Part shown: in pieces, positions 34,405 to 43,340 of the stretch
How positions within the stretch are numbered: position 1 is the stretch's first letter
Layout: each line of letters starts with the position of its first letter
Source of the DNA: Gemmatimonadota bacterium
Lineage (GTDB): Bacteria; Gemmatimonadota; Gemmatimonadetes; Longimicrobiales; Gaopeijiaceae
Length of the DNA: 64,000 nt
NCBI GenBank assembly: GCA_007130605.1
Contig: SLSF01000032.1
Location: 3,482-67,481 of the forward strand
Reading direction: 5' to 3'
The notes under the pieces: generated by a model
What the model was told of the DNA's origin: nothing
The model's input: only the letters and a program-made list of their open reading frames with translations
The model's database searches: none
Position numbers and translations under genes: made by a program

Positions 34405-37400
34405 TCAAGCTGTACCTCCATCGGACTCATCTACCTCCACCTCCACCGTCCCGATCACCTCACCCTCATCGTCCTCGCCCAGGTAGGCCGTGATCTCCGC
34501 CACTCCCGGCTCGGTGGCCGTGAGGGTCGACTCGAAGGCACCGTCCTCCGTCGTGCCCCCTTCCGGCTCCAGCACCCCATGGGTCGTCTCGAGCCAGATC
34601 GGCTCTCCATCCAGGTCCAGGAGGTTGCCCGCCGCGTCCCTCAGTTCCACCCGGATCGTCGCGCTCTCGTCGGTGGTGATGGTCTCCGGGGTCGCCTCCA
34701 CCGTCGATTCATCGGCATCGGCCTCGCCTCCGGTCACGACCACCTGCACCGTCCCGATCACCTCGCCCTCATCGTCTTCGCCCAGGTAGGCCGTGATCAC
34801 TGCTGACCCCGTCTCACTGGCCGTAAAGGTGGATTCGAAGACCCCATCTTCCGTCGTGCCTCCCTGCGGATCCAACTCTCCACTCGCCATCTCGAGCCAG
34901 ATCGCCTCGCCCGTCAGGTCCAGTGCGTTCCCGGACGCGTCCCTGAGCTGCACCCGGATCGTCGCGCTCTCGTCGGTGGTGATCCTGTCCGGGGTCGCCT
35001 CCACTGTCGACCCGCCGGCATCCAGCTCGCCCACCGTCACCTCCACTTCCACCGTTCCGATCACATCGTCTTCATCGTCTTCGCCCAGGCGCGCCGTGAT
35101 CTCCGCTACCCCCGGCTCGCTGGCTGTGAAGGTCGATTCAAGCACCCCCTCTTCTGTCGTGTCCCTCTGCGGGTCCAGCTCTCCGTGCGTCGTCTCGAGC
35201 CAGATCGTGTCTCCGGTCAGGTTCAACGGATTGCCCGAGGCGTCCCGGAGTTCCACTCGGATCGTCGCACTCTCGTCCGTTGTGATGGTGTCCGGAGTGA
35301 CCTCCACCGTCGACTCGCCGGCATCGGGTGCGCCCGCCGTCACCTCTATCGTCACCGTCCCGATCACCTCACCCGTGTCATCTTCGCCCAGGTACGCCGT
35401 CACCTCGGCCGTCCCGGGCTCGCTCGCCGTCAGGACCGACTCGAAGGCGCCATCCTCCGTCGTCCCTCCCTGCGGGTCCAGCGCGCCATGGGTCGTCTCG
35501 AGCCAGATCTGCTCCCCGGTCGTATCCAGCGCATTGCCCGAGGCGTCCCGCAGCTCCACCCGCACCGTCGAACTCTCCCCGATGCTGATCGTCTCCGGCG
35601 CCGCCTCCACCGTCGACTCCCCGGCATCGGGTGCGCCCGCCGTCACCTCTATCGTCACCGTCCCGATCACCTCACCCGTGTCATCTTCGCCCAGGTACGC
35701 CGTCACCTCGGCCGTCCCGGGCTCGGTGGAAGTGAACACACTCCGGAGGGTGCCATCGCTCTCGGTCTCGCCGGCGGCGGGATCGAGTTCCCCAAGCGTC
35801 GTCGCAAGGAAGACCGCATCTCCGCCCGAGTCGATGGGATTCCCCGTTGGATCGAAGAGACGGACAGTGACCTCGGCTGAGCCGTCGATGCTGATGGAAG
35901 TCGGCTCCACCGTCACCTCGGAGGTCTCCGGATCGGGCGCGCCAGTGACAAAGGCCACGGTGGCCCCATCGCGGATGGTTTCCCCGTTCAGGGTTCCGGT
36001 AATCTCTGCCGTCTCCACATCGGTGCTGGAGGTCAGCGTGGCGATGAAGCGACCGTCTCCACCGGTGCTCACATCGGAGAGACTCCCCGCGGTGGTTTCC
36101 AACTCCACCTCGTGCGTGCCCGTCTCCGCCACATTCCCGAACCGGTCGAGGAGCTGAACCGTAACGGTTGAAGTGCTGGAGCCATCGGCGGTGATCCGGG
36201 TGGGAGAGGCCTGGATCGTTGTGGTTTCCACGGAGGGCGCTCCGGGCACGAAGGTCACCGACGTCGAATCGGCGAGGGGCTCGCCCCGAAGCGAGGCGGT
36301 GACCTCGGCGGTCCCGACCGAGGTGGGCGCGGTAAGAATTGCACGGTATTCCCCACCTCCCAGGTCCGAGACTGGGGAGAGGGTCCCGGCACTCGCCTGG
36401 ATCTCCACCTCGTCACCACCCGCGGGGATGCGCTCACCCCGGGCGTCTCTCAGGATCACCGTGATGACCGACTCCGACTCCCCGTCGGCAGTGATCTCGG
36501 CCGGCGCCACCTGGAGTTCCGACTGCCCGGGCACGGGCCGAGGACTCACCGACAGGACCAGGTCGATGGAGACGGGAGAGTTGATGGCGTCGGGTGATGA
36601 GAGCTCCCACCGGGCCAGATGGTTTCCGGGGAGGAGGCCCGGATCATCGAAAATGAAGCCCACCTCGGTGGGCGCATTGGAAGAGGCGAGGACCGCCTCG
36701 ACCCATCCCTCGCTTCCGCCGGAGGCCCACACGAGAGATCCGGTCAGATCGCCAAGGGTCCCTCCCCCCGCATTCTCCACCGCCACGGTCACCGACGAGG
36801 GCACACTCCCTCCCTCCTCCATGGACCGCTGGATCAATTCGGTGCCCACCACGATCTGCGGAGGGGTTTCCCCGAGGCGGAAACGGACGGCCACCACGGC
36901 GGAGGTCCCGGGCGCCGACGCGCTCGAAAGGTGAACCTCCGCCTCATGCACACCCACCTCGAGTCCATCGGAGTCGACCTGGAGCAGGAGGGTCGTCGGC
37001 GCCGAGTCGTCTTCGAGGTCCACCTGCAGCCACTCCACCTCGTTTCCAGCATCGTAGTGGATCTCGGCGGCCAGCCCGGTCAGGGTCCCGCCCCCCTCAT
37101 TGGTGACCTGGACGGTCTCGGGGGCCGGGGCCTCCTCCTCTTCGGACGCGGCGAAGCCCACCGCTTCCGGAGTCACAGCGAGTACCGGGGGCGAAGCATC
37201 CACCTCGAGGGTCACCTGGAGGGTGGCCGGCGCGTCCGGCAACTGGCTCGAGGCCACGGATACGGTGGCACCGTACGTCCCGGGCTGGAGATCCGTCGGA
37301 TCGGCCACCAGGGTCAGAACCGAGGGAACCGAGGTGGAGGAGAGGCTCCAGTCGAGCCAGTCCCCACCGCCTGGAGCATCGTACTCCACCTCCACCTCCA

Positions 37401-37860
37401 GGCCACCGATTTCCCCCCCGCCCTCATTCACGATCTCCACCTGGGCCAGGCCACTCCCGGAGGCACCACCGAAGTGAAGGTCGGAGGTGGACAGCCCCAG
37501 CGCCGGAGGAGAATCCACCACCACCGTGGCCACCCCACTCGCATTGCCGGTGGAGGCCCGAATCTCCGCGCTCCCGGGCCCCAGGGCCACTGCCATCCCA
37601 GTGGAATCGACGGACACGACTCCCGGTGCGTTGGAGCTCCATGCGATGTCCCGCCCTCCGAGAATCCCCCCCTCCGCATCGACGGGGGTCGCAGAAAAGT
37701 GGATCTCTTCGTCGGGGAGGAGACGGACGTCGTTCGGCTCCACCATCACCGATTCCACCTGGACGGTGACCACGGTCACATCTTCACAGCCCCCCAGGAA
37801 GAGGAGGAGACACGCCGCCAGGGCGGTGCGGAGACGGAGAGGGTGGAGAACGGGCATCAT
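34405..37860 (-). CDS. Giant surface lipoprotein: Big_2 domain, about 4 BACON-like modules and 8 Big_1-type Ig repeats
   Basis: Has a lipobox (LLLFLGGCEDVTV) and a Big_2 domain (VRLLPDEEIHFSATPVDAEGG...VVSVDSTGMAVALGPGSAEIRA). The modules carry NEGGGxLxGL...WL...L..G.Y. Eight tandem repeats of about 90-101 aa follow (TITTDESATIRVELRDASGNxLDLTGExIWLETTHGxLDP...). Confidence 0.85.
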   Translation of the reverse strand: MMPVLHPLRLRTALAACLLLFLGGCEDVTVVTVQVESVMVEPNDVRLLPDEEIHFSATPVDAEGGILGGRDIAWSSNAPGVVSVDSTGMAVALGPGSAEIRASTGNASGVATVVVDSPPALGLSTSDLHFGGASGSGLAQVEIVNEGGGEIGGLEVEVEYDAPGGGDWLDWSLSSTSVPSVLTLVADPTDLQPGTYGATVSVASSQLPDAPATLQVTLEVDASPPVLAVTPEAVGFAASEEEEAPAPETVQVTNEGGGTLTGLAAEIHYDAGNEVEWLQVDLEDDSAPTTLLLQVDSDGLEVGVHEAEVHLSSASAPGTSAVVAVRFRLGETPPQIVVGTELIQRSMEEGGSVPSSVTVAVENAGGGTLGDLTGSLVWASGGSEGWVEAVLASSNAPTEVGFIFDDPGLLPGNHLARWELSSPDAINSPVSIDLVLSVSPRPVPGQSELQVAPAEITADGESESVITVILRDARGERIPAGGDEVEIQASAGTLSPVSDLGGGEYRAILTAPTSVGTAEVTASLRGEPLADSTSVTFVPGAPSVETTTIQASPTRITADGSSTSTVTVQLLDRFGNVAETGTHEVELETTAGSLSDVSTGGDGRFIATLTSSTDVETAEITGTLNGETIRDGATVAFVTGAPDPETSEVTVEPTSISIDGSAEVTVRLFDPTGNPIDSGGDAVFLATTLGELDPAAGETESDGTLRSVFTSTEPGTAEVTAYLGEDDTGEVIGTVTIEVTAGAPDAGESTVEAAPETISIGESSTVRVELRDASGNALDTTGEQIWLETTHGALDPQGGTTEDGAFESVLTASEPGTAEVTAYLGEDDTGEVIGTVTIEVTAGAPDAGESTVEVTPDTITTDESATIRVELRDASGNPLNLTGDTIWLETTHGELDPQRDTTEEGVLESTFTASEPGVAEITARLGEDDEDDVIGTVEVEVTVGELDAGGSTVEATPDRITTDESATIRVQLRDASGNALDLTGEAIWLEMASGELDPQGGTTEDGVFESTFTASETGSAVITAYLGEDDEGEVIGTVQVVVTGGEADADESTVEATPETITTDESATIRVELRDAAGNLLDLDGEPIWLETTHGVLEPEGGTTEDGAFESTLTATEPGVAEITAYLGEDDEGEVIGTVEVEVDESDGGTA
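34420..36530 (-). repeat. In-frame tandem coding repeats (about 270-303 bp units) encoding Ig-like domains
   Basis: There are eight consecutive repeat units. The DNA at 35301-35422 and 35604-35725 is identical at 121 of 122 positions, with an offset of exactly 303 bp. Confidence 0.85.
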
Positions 37861-38948
37861 GGTCCCCCGCTCCCGGCTGGACCGGGATGACGGGGCGGAA
37901 TACCGTCCCGCACCGACGATCCCACATTAAAGGTCACGTCCACCTCTGCGTGGTCTGGAACCGCATCGGGGGCGGAGACTCGAACTCTGGCCCGGTAGAC
38001 CCCGGGAGAGAGATCGGTGGCGAATGCCTCGAGAAGTAAGTCGGTGGGCGCCGAACTCCCCTCCAGCGATGCTGTGAGCCACCCGGAGGGCGCGCCATCA
38101 AGGGGCTCGACCTCCACCGAAAGACCGGAGAGCGCTCCTCCTCCGGCATTCGTCACCCGCACGCCCTGGGAGGCCGGCTCCCGGGAACCGGCGTTCGCGG
38201 CCAGTGAGACACTTCCCGGTGACAGAGCGATCCGGGGTGGGGGTTCGCGAACTTCGAAGGTGACCGAGAGCGTGACCGGACTGTTGTCCGCCACCGACGA
38301 ACGGAGCTCGATCCCGCGGGAGTAGACGCCCACTTCCAGTTCGGACGGGTCCGCCCGGAGCCGGAGCTGGCTGGGAGCGACGAGTGCGGAGAGCTCCACC
38401 TCGAGCCACTCCGGCTCGCTGGGATCCTCCCCGGACCCCACCACCGCATCGAGGCCCGAGAGCGTCCCACCCCCGGCGTTCCAGATGGCCACCGAGACTT
38501 CGGCCACCCCACCAGACCCGGCTTCGGCACTAAAGGTGAAGTTCATGCTGTCCAATGCGATGGACGGACTTTCCTCCACCACCACTTCAACCGCACCTTC
38601 CACCCCCTCGCTCCTCGCGCGCACCAGGGTCTCCCCGGGTCCGACCCCCCGGATCATTCCCGGGGAAGTCACCTCGACGATGGCCGGAGCGTCGGAAATC
38701 CACTCCACTTCGCGCCCTCCCAGAAGTTCGCCTCCGGCACCCCGCAGCTCGAGGGAAAGCTCCAGCTCCTCTCCGGTCACGATCTGGGCGGAGGAGGGCA
38801 TGACGGTGATCGTCTGCACCGGAAGAATTTCCACCGTGATGTCCTCGCAACCACCGAGGAGAGGAAGGAGGAAGAGCGCGAGCCATCCCCGGGAAGACCG
38901 CCTCGCCGGGGGCCGTTTCGACCGCTCCGCCCGTCCTCTCGTCTTCAT
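37857..38948 (-). CDS. Surface lipoprotein: Big_2 domain plus 3 BACON-like modules (short paralogue of the giant protein's N-terminus)
   Basis: The start at 38948 (MKTRGRAERSK...) gives the lipobox LLPLLGGCEDITV. The Big_2 domain reads ITVMPSSAQIVTGEELELSLELRGAGGE...IVEVTSPGMIRGVGPGETLVRA. The modules carry WNAGGGTLSGL / VTNAGGGALSGL. It overlaps both neighbours. Confidence 0.75.
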   Translation of the reverse strand: MKTRGRAERSKRPPARRSSRGWLALFLLPLLGGCEDITVEILPVQTITVMPSSAQIVTGEELELSLELRGAGGELLGGREVEWISDAPAIVEVTSPGMIRGVGPGETLVRARSEGVEGAVEVVVEESPSIALDSMNFTFSAEAGSGGVAEVSVAIWNAGGGTLSGLDAVVGSGEDPSEPEWLEVELSALVAPSQLRLRADPSELEVGVYSRGIELRSSVADNSPVTLSVTFEVREPPPRIALSPGSVSLAANAGSREPASQGVRVTNAGGGALSGLSVEVEPLDGAPSGWLTASLEGSSAPTDLLLEAFATDLSPGVYRARVRVSAPDAVPDHAEVDVTFNVGSSVRDGIPPRHPGPAGSGGP

Positions 38949-40132
38949 CAGAAACGGACCCTCAGCCCCGCCCGGATCCGTTGGAGCCGCCCCGGTGGCG
39001 GTGTCGAGAGCTCGAGTGCCGCAGCCCCGGACCCCAGACCCACCACGTCCAGGCCCACCAGTACTCCTCTGGAGTCGGGGGTGAGGGCAATGCTCCCCTC
39101 GCCACTTCGACCCGCCCGCCGGAATGCGTGGATAGCCCCCACCAGCGTCACCGCACCCGCCACGGCGAGTCCCGGCACCAGGAGGGCTCGCTCCACTTCT
39201 CTGGAAGCGACCTCGCCGGCGGGACAGGAGCCATCCACCGCCGGTACCCGACATCGCTCCGTCACTTCGGTGTAGAGGACGCCTGTCGCCGCCGCGGCTC
39301 CTGCCCCGGCGAGCACCAGGAGGCCCGCCCGGTTCGAGCCCAGGTAGAAGTGCCCCATTCCCGGGAAGACCATTCCAGTGAGAAGCGCGGTACCGGCGCT
39401 TCGGGTCGGCGCCTGGGGTGCGAGCCGCTCCAGCCGGACCTCGACGAGGGCCCGGTCCGAGGCATCGGGAAGGAGCTCCAGGTACCGTTCGAGGTCGGAC
39501 TCCGCGGCGCCCGTCCGACCGTCGCCCAGGTAGGCGAGCCCCCGGTTGTAGTGGGCTTCGGGCCAGTTGGGAAGCTCCACGAGGGCCCGGGAGAAGTGGA
39601 GTACGGCCTCCTCGTAGCTCGATCCTTCGAGCGCCGTCACCCCCTGCTGGAAGGCGACTCTCGCGACCGCTGGAATCTCGTCCTCCTCGGGCCCGGCCAG
39701 CGCCTCCACCCGAGCATCGACCTCTTCGGCGTCGGACCCCTCGGGGGCCAGGAGGAGGTAGCGACAGTACTCCCGGATCGCAGCGGGCACCTCGTCGGCG
39801 CCCTCGAGCAGGCGCCCGAGCCGGTAGGCGATCTCCGGATCCTCCGGGTCGAGTTCGGCGGCCTCCCGGAGGAGTTCCAGCGCTGATCCGTCATCGCCCA
39901 GGATCGCGGCCTGGTTCGCCTCGGAGAGGAGGCCACGGGCCCGCTCCCGATCTGCATCTGAGATCTCCTCTTCGAAAAAGGCGAGGAGCGCTTCCGCCTC
40001 ACACGGCCCGGGGGCCGGAGGGGGAAGCTCGACCTTGGGAGGAAGCTCCTGCGCATGCACCTCGCCTCCGGCCCCCCGAACCATGGGGACGACGAGCAGC
40101 AGTGCGAATCCGACGAACATGGTGCGTCTCAC
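38948..40132 (-). CDS. Secreted TPR-repeat protein with C-terminal hydrophobic segments
   Basis: I prefer the GTG start at 40132 (VRRTMFVGFALLLVVPMVRGAGG), which is preceded by GGGAGGAG. TPR-like repeats are present (ALELLREAAELDPEDPEIAYRLGRLL..., EAVLHFSRALVELPNWPEAHYNRGLAYL). The C-terminal part has 2-3 TM-like stretches, and the protein ends LRVRF. Confidence 0.65.
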   Translation of the reverse strand: MRRTMFVGFALLLVVPMVRGAGGEVHAQELPPKVELPPPAPGPCEAEALLAFFEEEISDADRERARGLLSEANQAAILGDDGSALELLREAAELDPEDPEIAYRLGRLLEGADEVPAAIREYCRYLLLAPEGSDAEEVDARVEALAGPEEDEIPAVARVAFQQGVTALEGSSYEEAVLHFSRALVELPNWPEAHYNRGLAYLGDGRTGAAESDLERYLELLPDASDRALVEVRLERLAPQAPTRSAGTALLTGMVFPGMGHFYLGSNRAGLLVLAGAGAAAATGVLYTEVTERCRVPAVDGSCPAGEVASREVERALLVPGLAVAGAVTLVGAIHAFRRAGRSGEGSIALTPDSRGVLVGLDVVGLGSGAAALELSTPPPGRLQRIRAGLRVRF

Positions 40133-40339
40133 CTGGCCTCTTCTCCTCCCTGCGAGTCTACGGTGTCCGGGGGCTCCACAGATGCCGATGAAGATGGGGC
40201 GGGACAGATCGGCTCGGATCACTCGTCCGGAGCCTCAATCCTAACTACGCTGCAATGGGCCTGCCAGACACCCGGATCGATGCGCGACGGCCTCCCTCCT
40301 TGACGGCCGCAGCCCCACCGTCACAAGCTCTCTCGAAGA

Positions 40340-40915
40340 TTGGCGAAGCAGGATCCTCTCACTCCTTCCAGGGAAGCTCCCATGAAGAAACGACCGACCC
40401 ATCGGTACTCTGGCGCCTTCGGCATTCCGACCCCGAGGTGCACCTTCCCCCTCTCCCCGCTCCTCCTCGTCCTCTTCGCCGGATGCCAGGTGGAGATCCC
40501 CGAAGCCGAGACGGATGTCCTGCCGCAGCCGGAGTTCGAGGAAATCGCCACCGCGGCCGCACCCGAAGCCATCGGTCCCTACTCTCAGGCCATTCGGACC
40601 GACCATGCCCTCTACCTCTCGGGACAGATCGGCCTCGACCCCGAGACGGGCGAAATGGTCGAGGGCGGAATCGAGGCGGAAACGCATCAGGTGATGGAGA
40701 ACCTCGGCGCCGTCCTGGAAGCCGCGGGAATGGACTTCGGCCATGTGGTCCAGGCCCAGGTCTTCCTGGCGGACCTCGACGACTTCTCGGTGATGAACGA
40801 GATCTATGCCGGGTACCTGGAGGCTCCCCATCCGGCGCGGGCCACCATCGAGGCCGCCCGGCTCCCCCGGGATGCCCGGGTCGAGATCGTCATGACGGCG
40901 GTGGAACGCCCCTGA
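40340..40915 (+). CDS. ridA: RidA/YjgF/L-PSP family protein with an N-terminal lipoprotein signal
   Basis: The core is AIGPYSQAIRTDHALYLSGQIGLDPETGEMV...VVQAQVFLADLDDFSVMNEIYAGY...PARATIEAARLPRDARVEI. A signal with a lipobox precedes it (LLLVLFAGCQ). Confidence 0.85.
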   Translation: MAKQDPLTPSREAPMKKRPTHRYSGAFGIPTPRCTFPLSPLLLVLFAGCQVEIPEAETDVLPQPEFEEIATAAAPEAIGPYSQAIRTDHALYLSGQIGLDPETGEMVEGGIEAETHQVMENLGAVLEAAGMDFGHVVQAQVFLADLDDFSVMNEIYAGYLEAPHPARATIEAARLPRDARVEIVMTAVERP

Positions 40916-41033
40916 CCGGGTGGCACGTCGGACCCCGACATCGTAGCTTGAATGATTCTCGACAATTCGATTCGCTTCCCCCCTTCGACCCGCCGCGTGG
41001 GCCGGAGGAAGGGGCGTCCATGGAGGACTCCTG

Positions 41034-43340
41034 ATGCGTCACCTCGCCCTGCTCACCCTCGCCCTGGTTCTGGCGCTTCCCGCTCCGGTGGAGGCCCAGT
41101 CCGTACCCTCCCCTCTCGAGCACTTCGGTCAGGAGATCGGGAGCGACGGCTTCCTCGCGGACTGGCACCAGCTCTCGGCATACTACGACCGGGTCGCCCA
41201 GGCGAGCCCCCGGGTCCAGATCGACACCCTCGGCCCCACCACCCTGGGTGAACCCTTCGTGCAGATGGTGATCACCAGCGAGGCGAACCATGCGAACCTC
41301 GACCGCTTCCTCGAGATCCAGCACCTCCTGGCCGATCCGCGTCGAATCGGGTCCGAGGCCGAGGTGGAGGCCCTCATCGAGGAAGGGCGGACCGTGGTAC
41401 TCACCACGAGCCACATCCACTCCACCGAGGTGGGCGCGGGCCAGATGCCGGCGAACCTCGTCTACCGGATGGCCACCTCCGAGGACCCGAAGATCCTCGA
41501 GATCCTCGACGAGACGATCCTCGTCCTGATTCCCTCTCTGAACCCCGACGGGACCCAGATGGTCTCGGAGTGGTGGAACGAGTGGCTTGACACCGAGTTC
41601 GAGGGCGCTCCCCTCCCCCGCCTCTATCACCACTACATCGGGCACAACAACAACAGGGACTGGTTCTTCTTCGCCCAGAAGGAGACTCGGATGACGGTCC
41701 TGGGCGCCCACAATATCTGGCGTCCGCAGATCGTGCACGACGTGCACCAGATGGGAAGCAATGGCGCCCGCCTCTTCGTGCCGCCCTACACCGATCCGGT
41801 GGAGCCGAATGTGGACTCCCGCCTGATCTCGGGACTGAACCAGCTCGGCACCTGGATCCGGGCCGACATGACGACCCAGGGGTACGACGGGATCGTCACC
41901 GACGCCATCTTCGACATCTACACTCCGGCACGCGCCTACATGCACTACCATGGCGGGGTCCGGATCCTCTCGGAGACGGCCAGTGCGAATTCGGCCCGCG
42001 CCATCGAGATCGACTTCGATGACCTCGGCGGCTCGGCGGAGTACGACGCGAAGGTCATGAGCTCGAACTTCCCCTCTCCCTGGCTGGGCGGACGGTGGGG
42101 ACTCGACGACATCGTCGACTACATGGAGACGGCTGCCGTCTCGATCCTGGTGAATGCGGCGAAGAACCGGGAGTTCTGGCTCCGCAACTTCTACGAGATC
42201 CACCGTGATGCCGTCGAGGGATGGGACAGCTGGCCCGCCGCCTGGGTGATCCCCGGGGGCCAGGACTACGAGGCGGGAGTCGAACAGCTCCTCCGGGTCC
42301 TCACCACCGCCGATGTGGAGGTCCACCGGACCGAGCAGTCCTTCACCAATGGGACCGAGACCTTCCCCGAGGGCTCCTTCGTGATCCCCATGCAGCAGCC
42401 ATACGCCGCCTTCGCCCAGACCATGATGGAGCGCCAGGAGTACCCGGACCTCCGGCAGTATCCGGGTGGGCCTCCCATCCGCCCCTATGACGCCACGGCC
42501 CACACCCTCCCCCTCCTCTTCGGGATCGAGGCCCACGAGCTGGAGACGATGCCCCAGGTCGCCCTCTCCGACCCCATCCCCACCTTCGAGGAGTTCTCCT
42601 TCCCCGTTCCGGCGCACCTCCTGAGGGAGGGCCCCACCCGCATCGGCCTCTACCGGGCCTACGCCGAGCCCATGCCGGAAGGATGGACCCGCTGGCTCTT
42701 CGACCTGGCAGGCATCCGCTACGACCCGCTGCGCAACGACGACATCCAGGCCGGCGACCTCGCCTCGCGCTACGATGTCATCATCTTCCAGGACCAGAAC
42801 CCCAACTCGATCCGGAACGGCTACCCGGCGGAGCGGATGCCCGCCCCCTACGCCGGTGGCATCGGCGACGAAGGGGAAGCGGCCCTCCGGGACTTCCTGG
42901 AGGAGGGCGGACGCATCGTCGCCGTCGACGCCGCCACCGACTGGGCCATCGACGCCTTCGATCTCGGGGTCGCGAACGCGGTGACCGACCTGCCGGCCCA
43001 GGACTTCTACATTCCGGGTTCGATCCTCCGGCTCGACCTGAATCCCGCCCATGAGATCTCCGAGGGCGTACCCACCGAAAACTTCGCCTGGTACTGGCGG
43101 ACGAGCCGGGCCTTCGAGGTCACCGACCCCAACGCCACCATCGTGGGGAGCTTCGGCGAGGGCGATCCGCGTCTGGCAGGATGGGTCCTGGGCGAAGAGC
43201 ATGTGGCCGGGCGCCCGGCACTCGTCGATGTCCCCGTGGGAGCGGGGAATGTGATCCTCTTCGGATTCCAGCCCAACTTCCGCGGTCAGACCGTCGGGTC
43301 CTGGCCCCTCTTCTTCAACAGCCTCCGCCCGAACCGATGA
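41034..43340 (+). CDS. Large secreted M14-family metallocarboxypeptidase-like protein
   Basis: Has a signal peptide ending in VEAQ, the Zn motif HIHSTE (HxxE), LIPSLNPDGTQ and HNNNRDW. A long C-terminal extension follows. It is a paralogue of the gene at 59515-62517. Confidence 0.85.
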   Translation: MRHLALLTLALVLALPAPVEAQSVPSPLEHFGQEIGSDGFLADWHQLSAYYDRVAQASPRVQIDTLGPTTLGEPFVQMVITSEANHANLDRFLEIQHLLADPRRIGSEAEVEALIEEGRTVVLTTSHIHSTEVGAGQMPANLVYRMATSEDPKILEILDETILVLIPSLNPDGTQMVSEWWNEWLDTEFEGAPLPRLYHHYIGHNNNRDWFFFAQKETRMTVLGAHNIWRPQIVHDVHQMGSNGARLFVPPYTDPVEPNVDSRLISGLNQLGTWIRADMTTQGYDGIVTDAIFDIYTPARAYMHYHGGVRILSETASANSARAIEIDFDDLGGSAEYDAKVMSSNFPSPWLGGRWGLDDIVDYMETAAVSILVNAAKNREFWLRNFYEIHRDAVEGWDSWPAAWVIPGGQDYEAGVEQLLRVLTTADVEVHRTEQSFTNGTETFPEGSFVIPMQQPYAAFAQTMMERQEYPDLRQYPGGPPIRPYDATAHTLPLLFGIEAHELETMPQVALSDPIPTFEEFSFPVPAHLLREGPTRIGLYRAYAEPMPEGWTRWLFDLAGIRYDPLRNDDIQAGDLASRYDVIIFQDQNPNSIRNGYPAERMPAPYAGGIGDEGEAALRDFLEEGGRIVAVDAATDWAIDAFDLGVANAVTDLPAQDFYIPGSILRLDLNPAHEISEGVPTENFAWYWRTSRAFEVTDPNATIVGSFGEGDPRLAGWVLGEEHVAGRPALVDVPVGAGNVILFGFQPNFRGQTVGSWPLFFNSLRPNR

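Noticed and set aside
34405-36530. Non-coding satellite or CRISPR-like interpretation of the 303-bp periodic repeats
   Set aside because: The period is a multiple of 3. The repeats lie in one uninterrupted 1151-codon frame with strong GC3 bias, and they encode Ig-like domain repeats.
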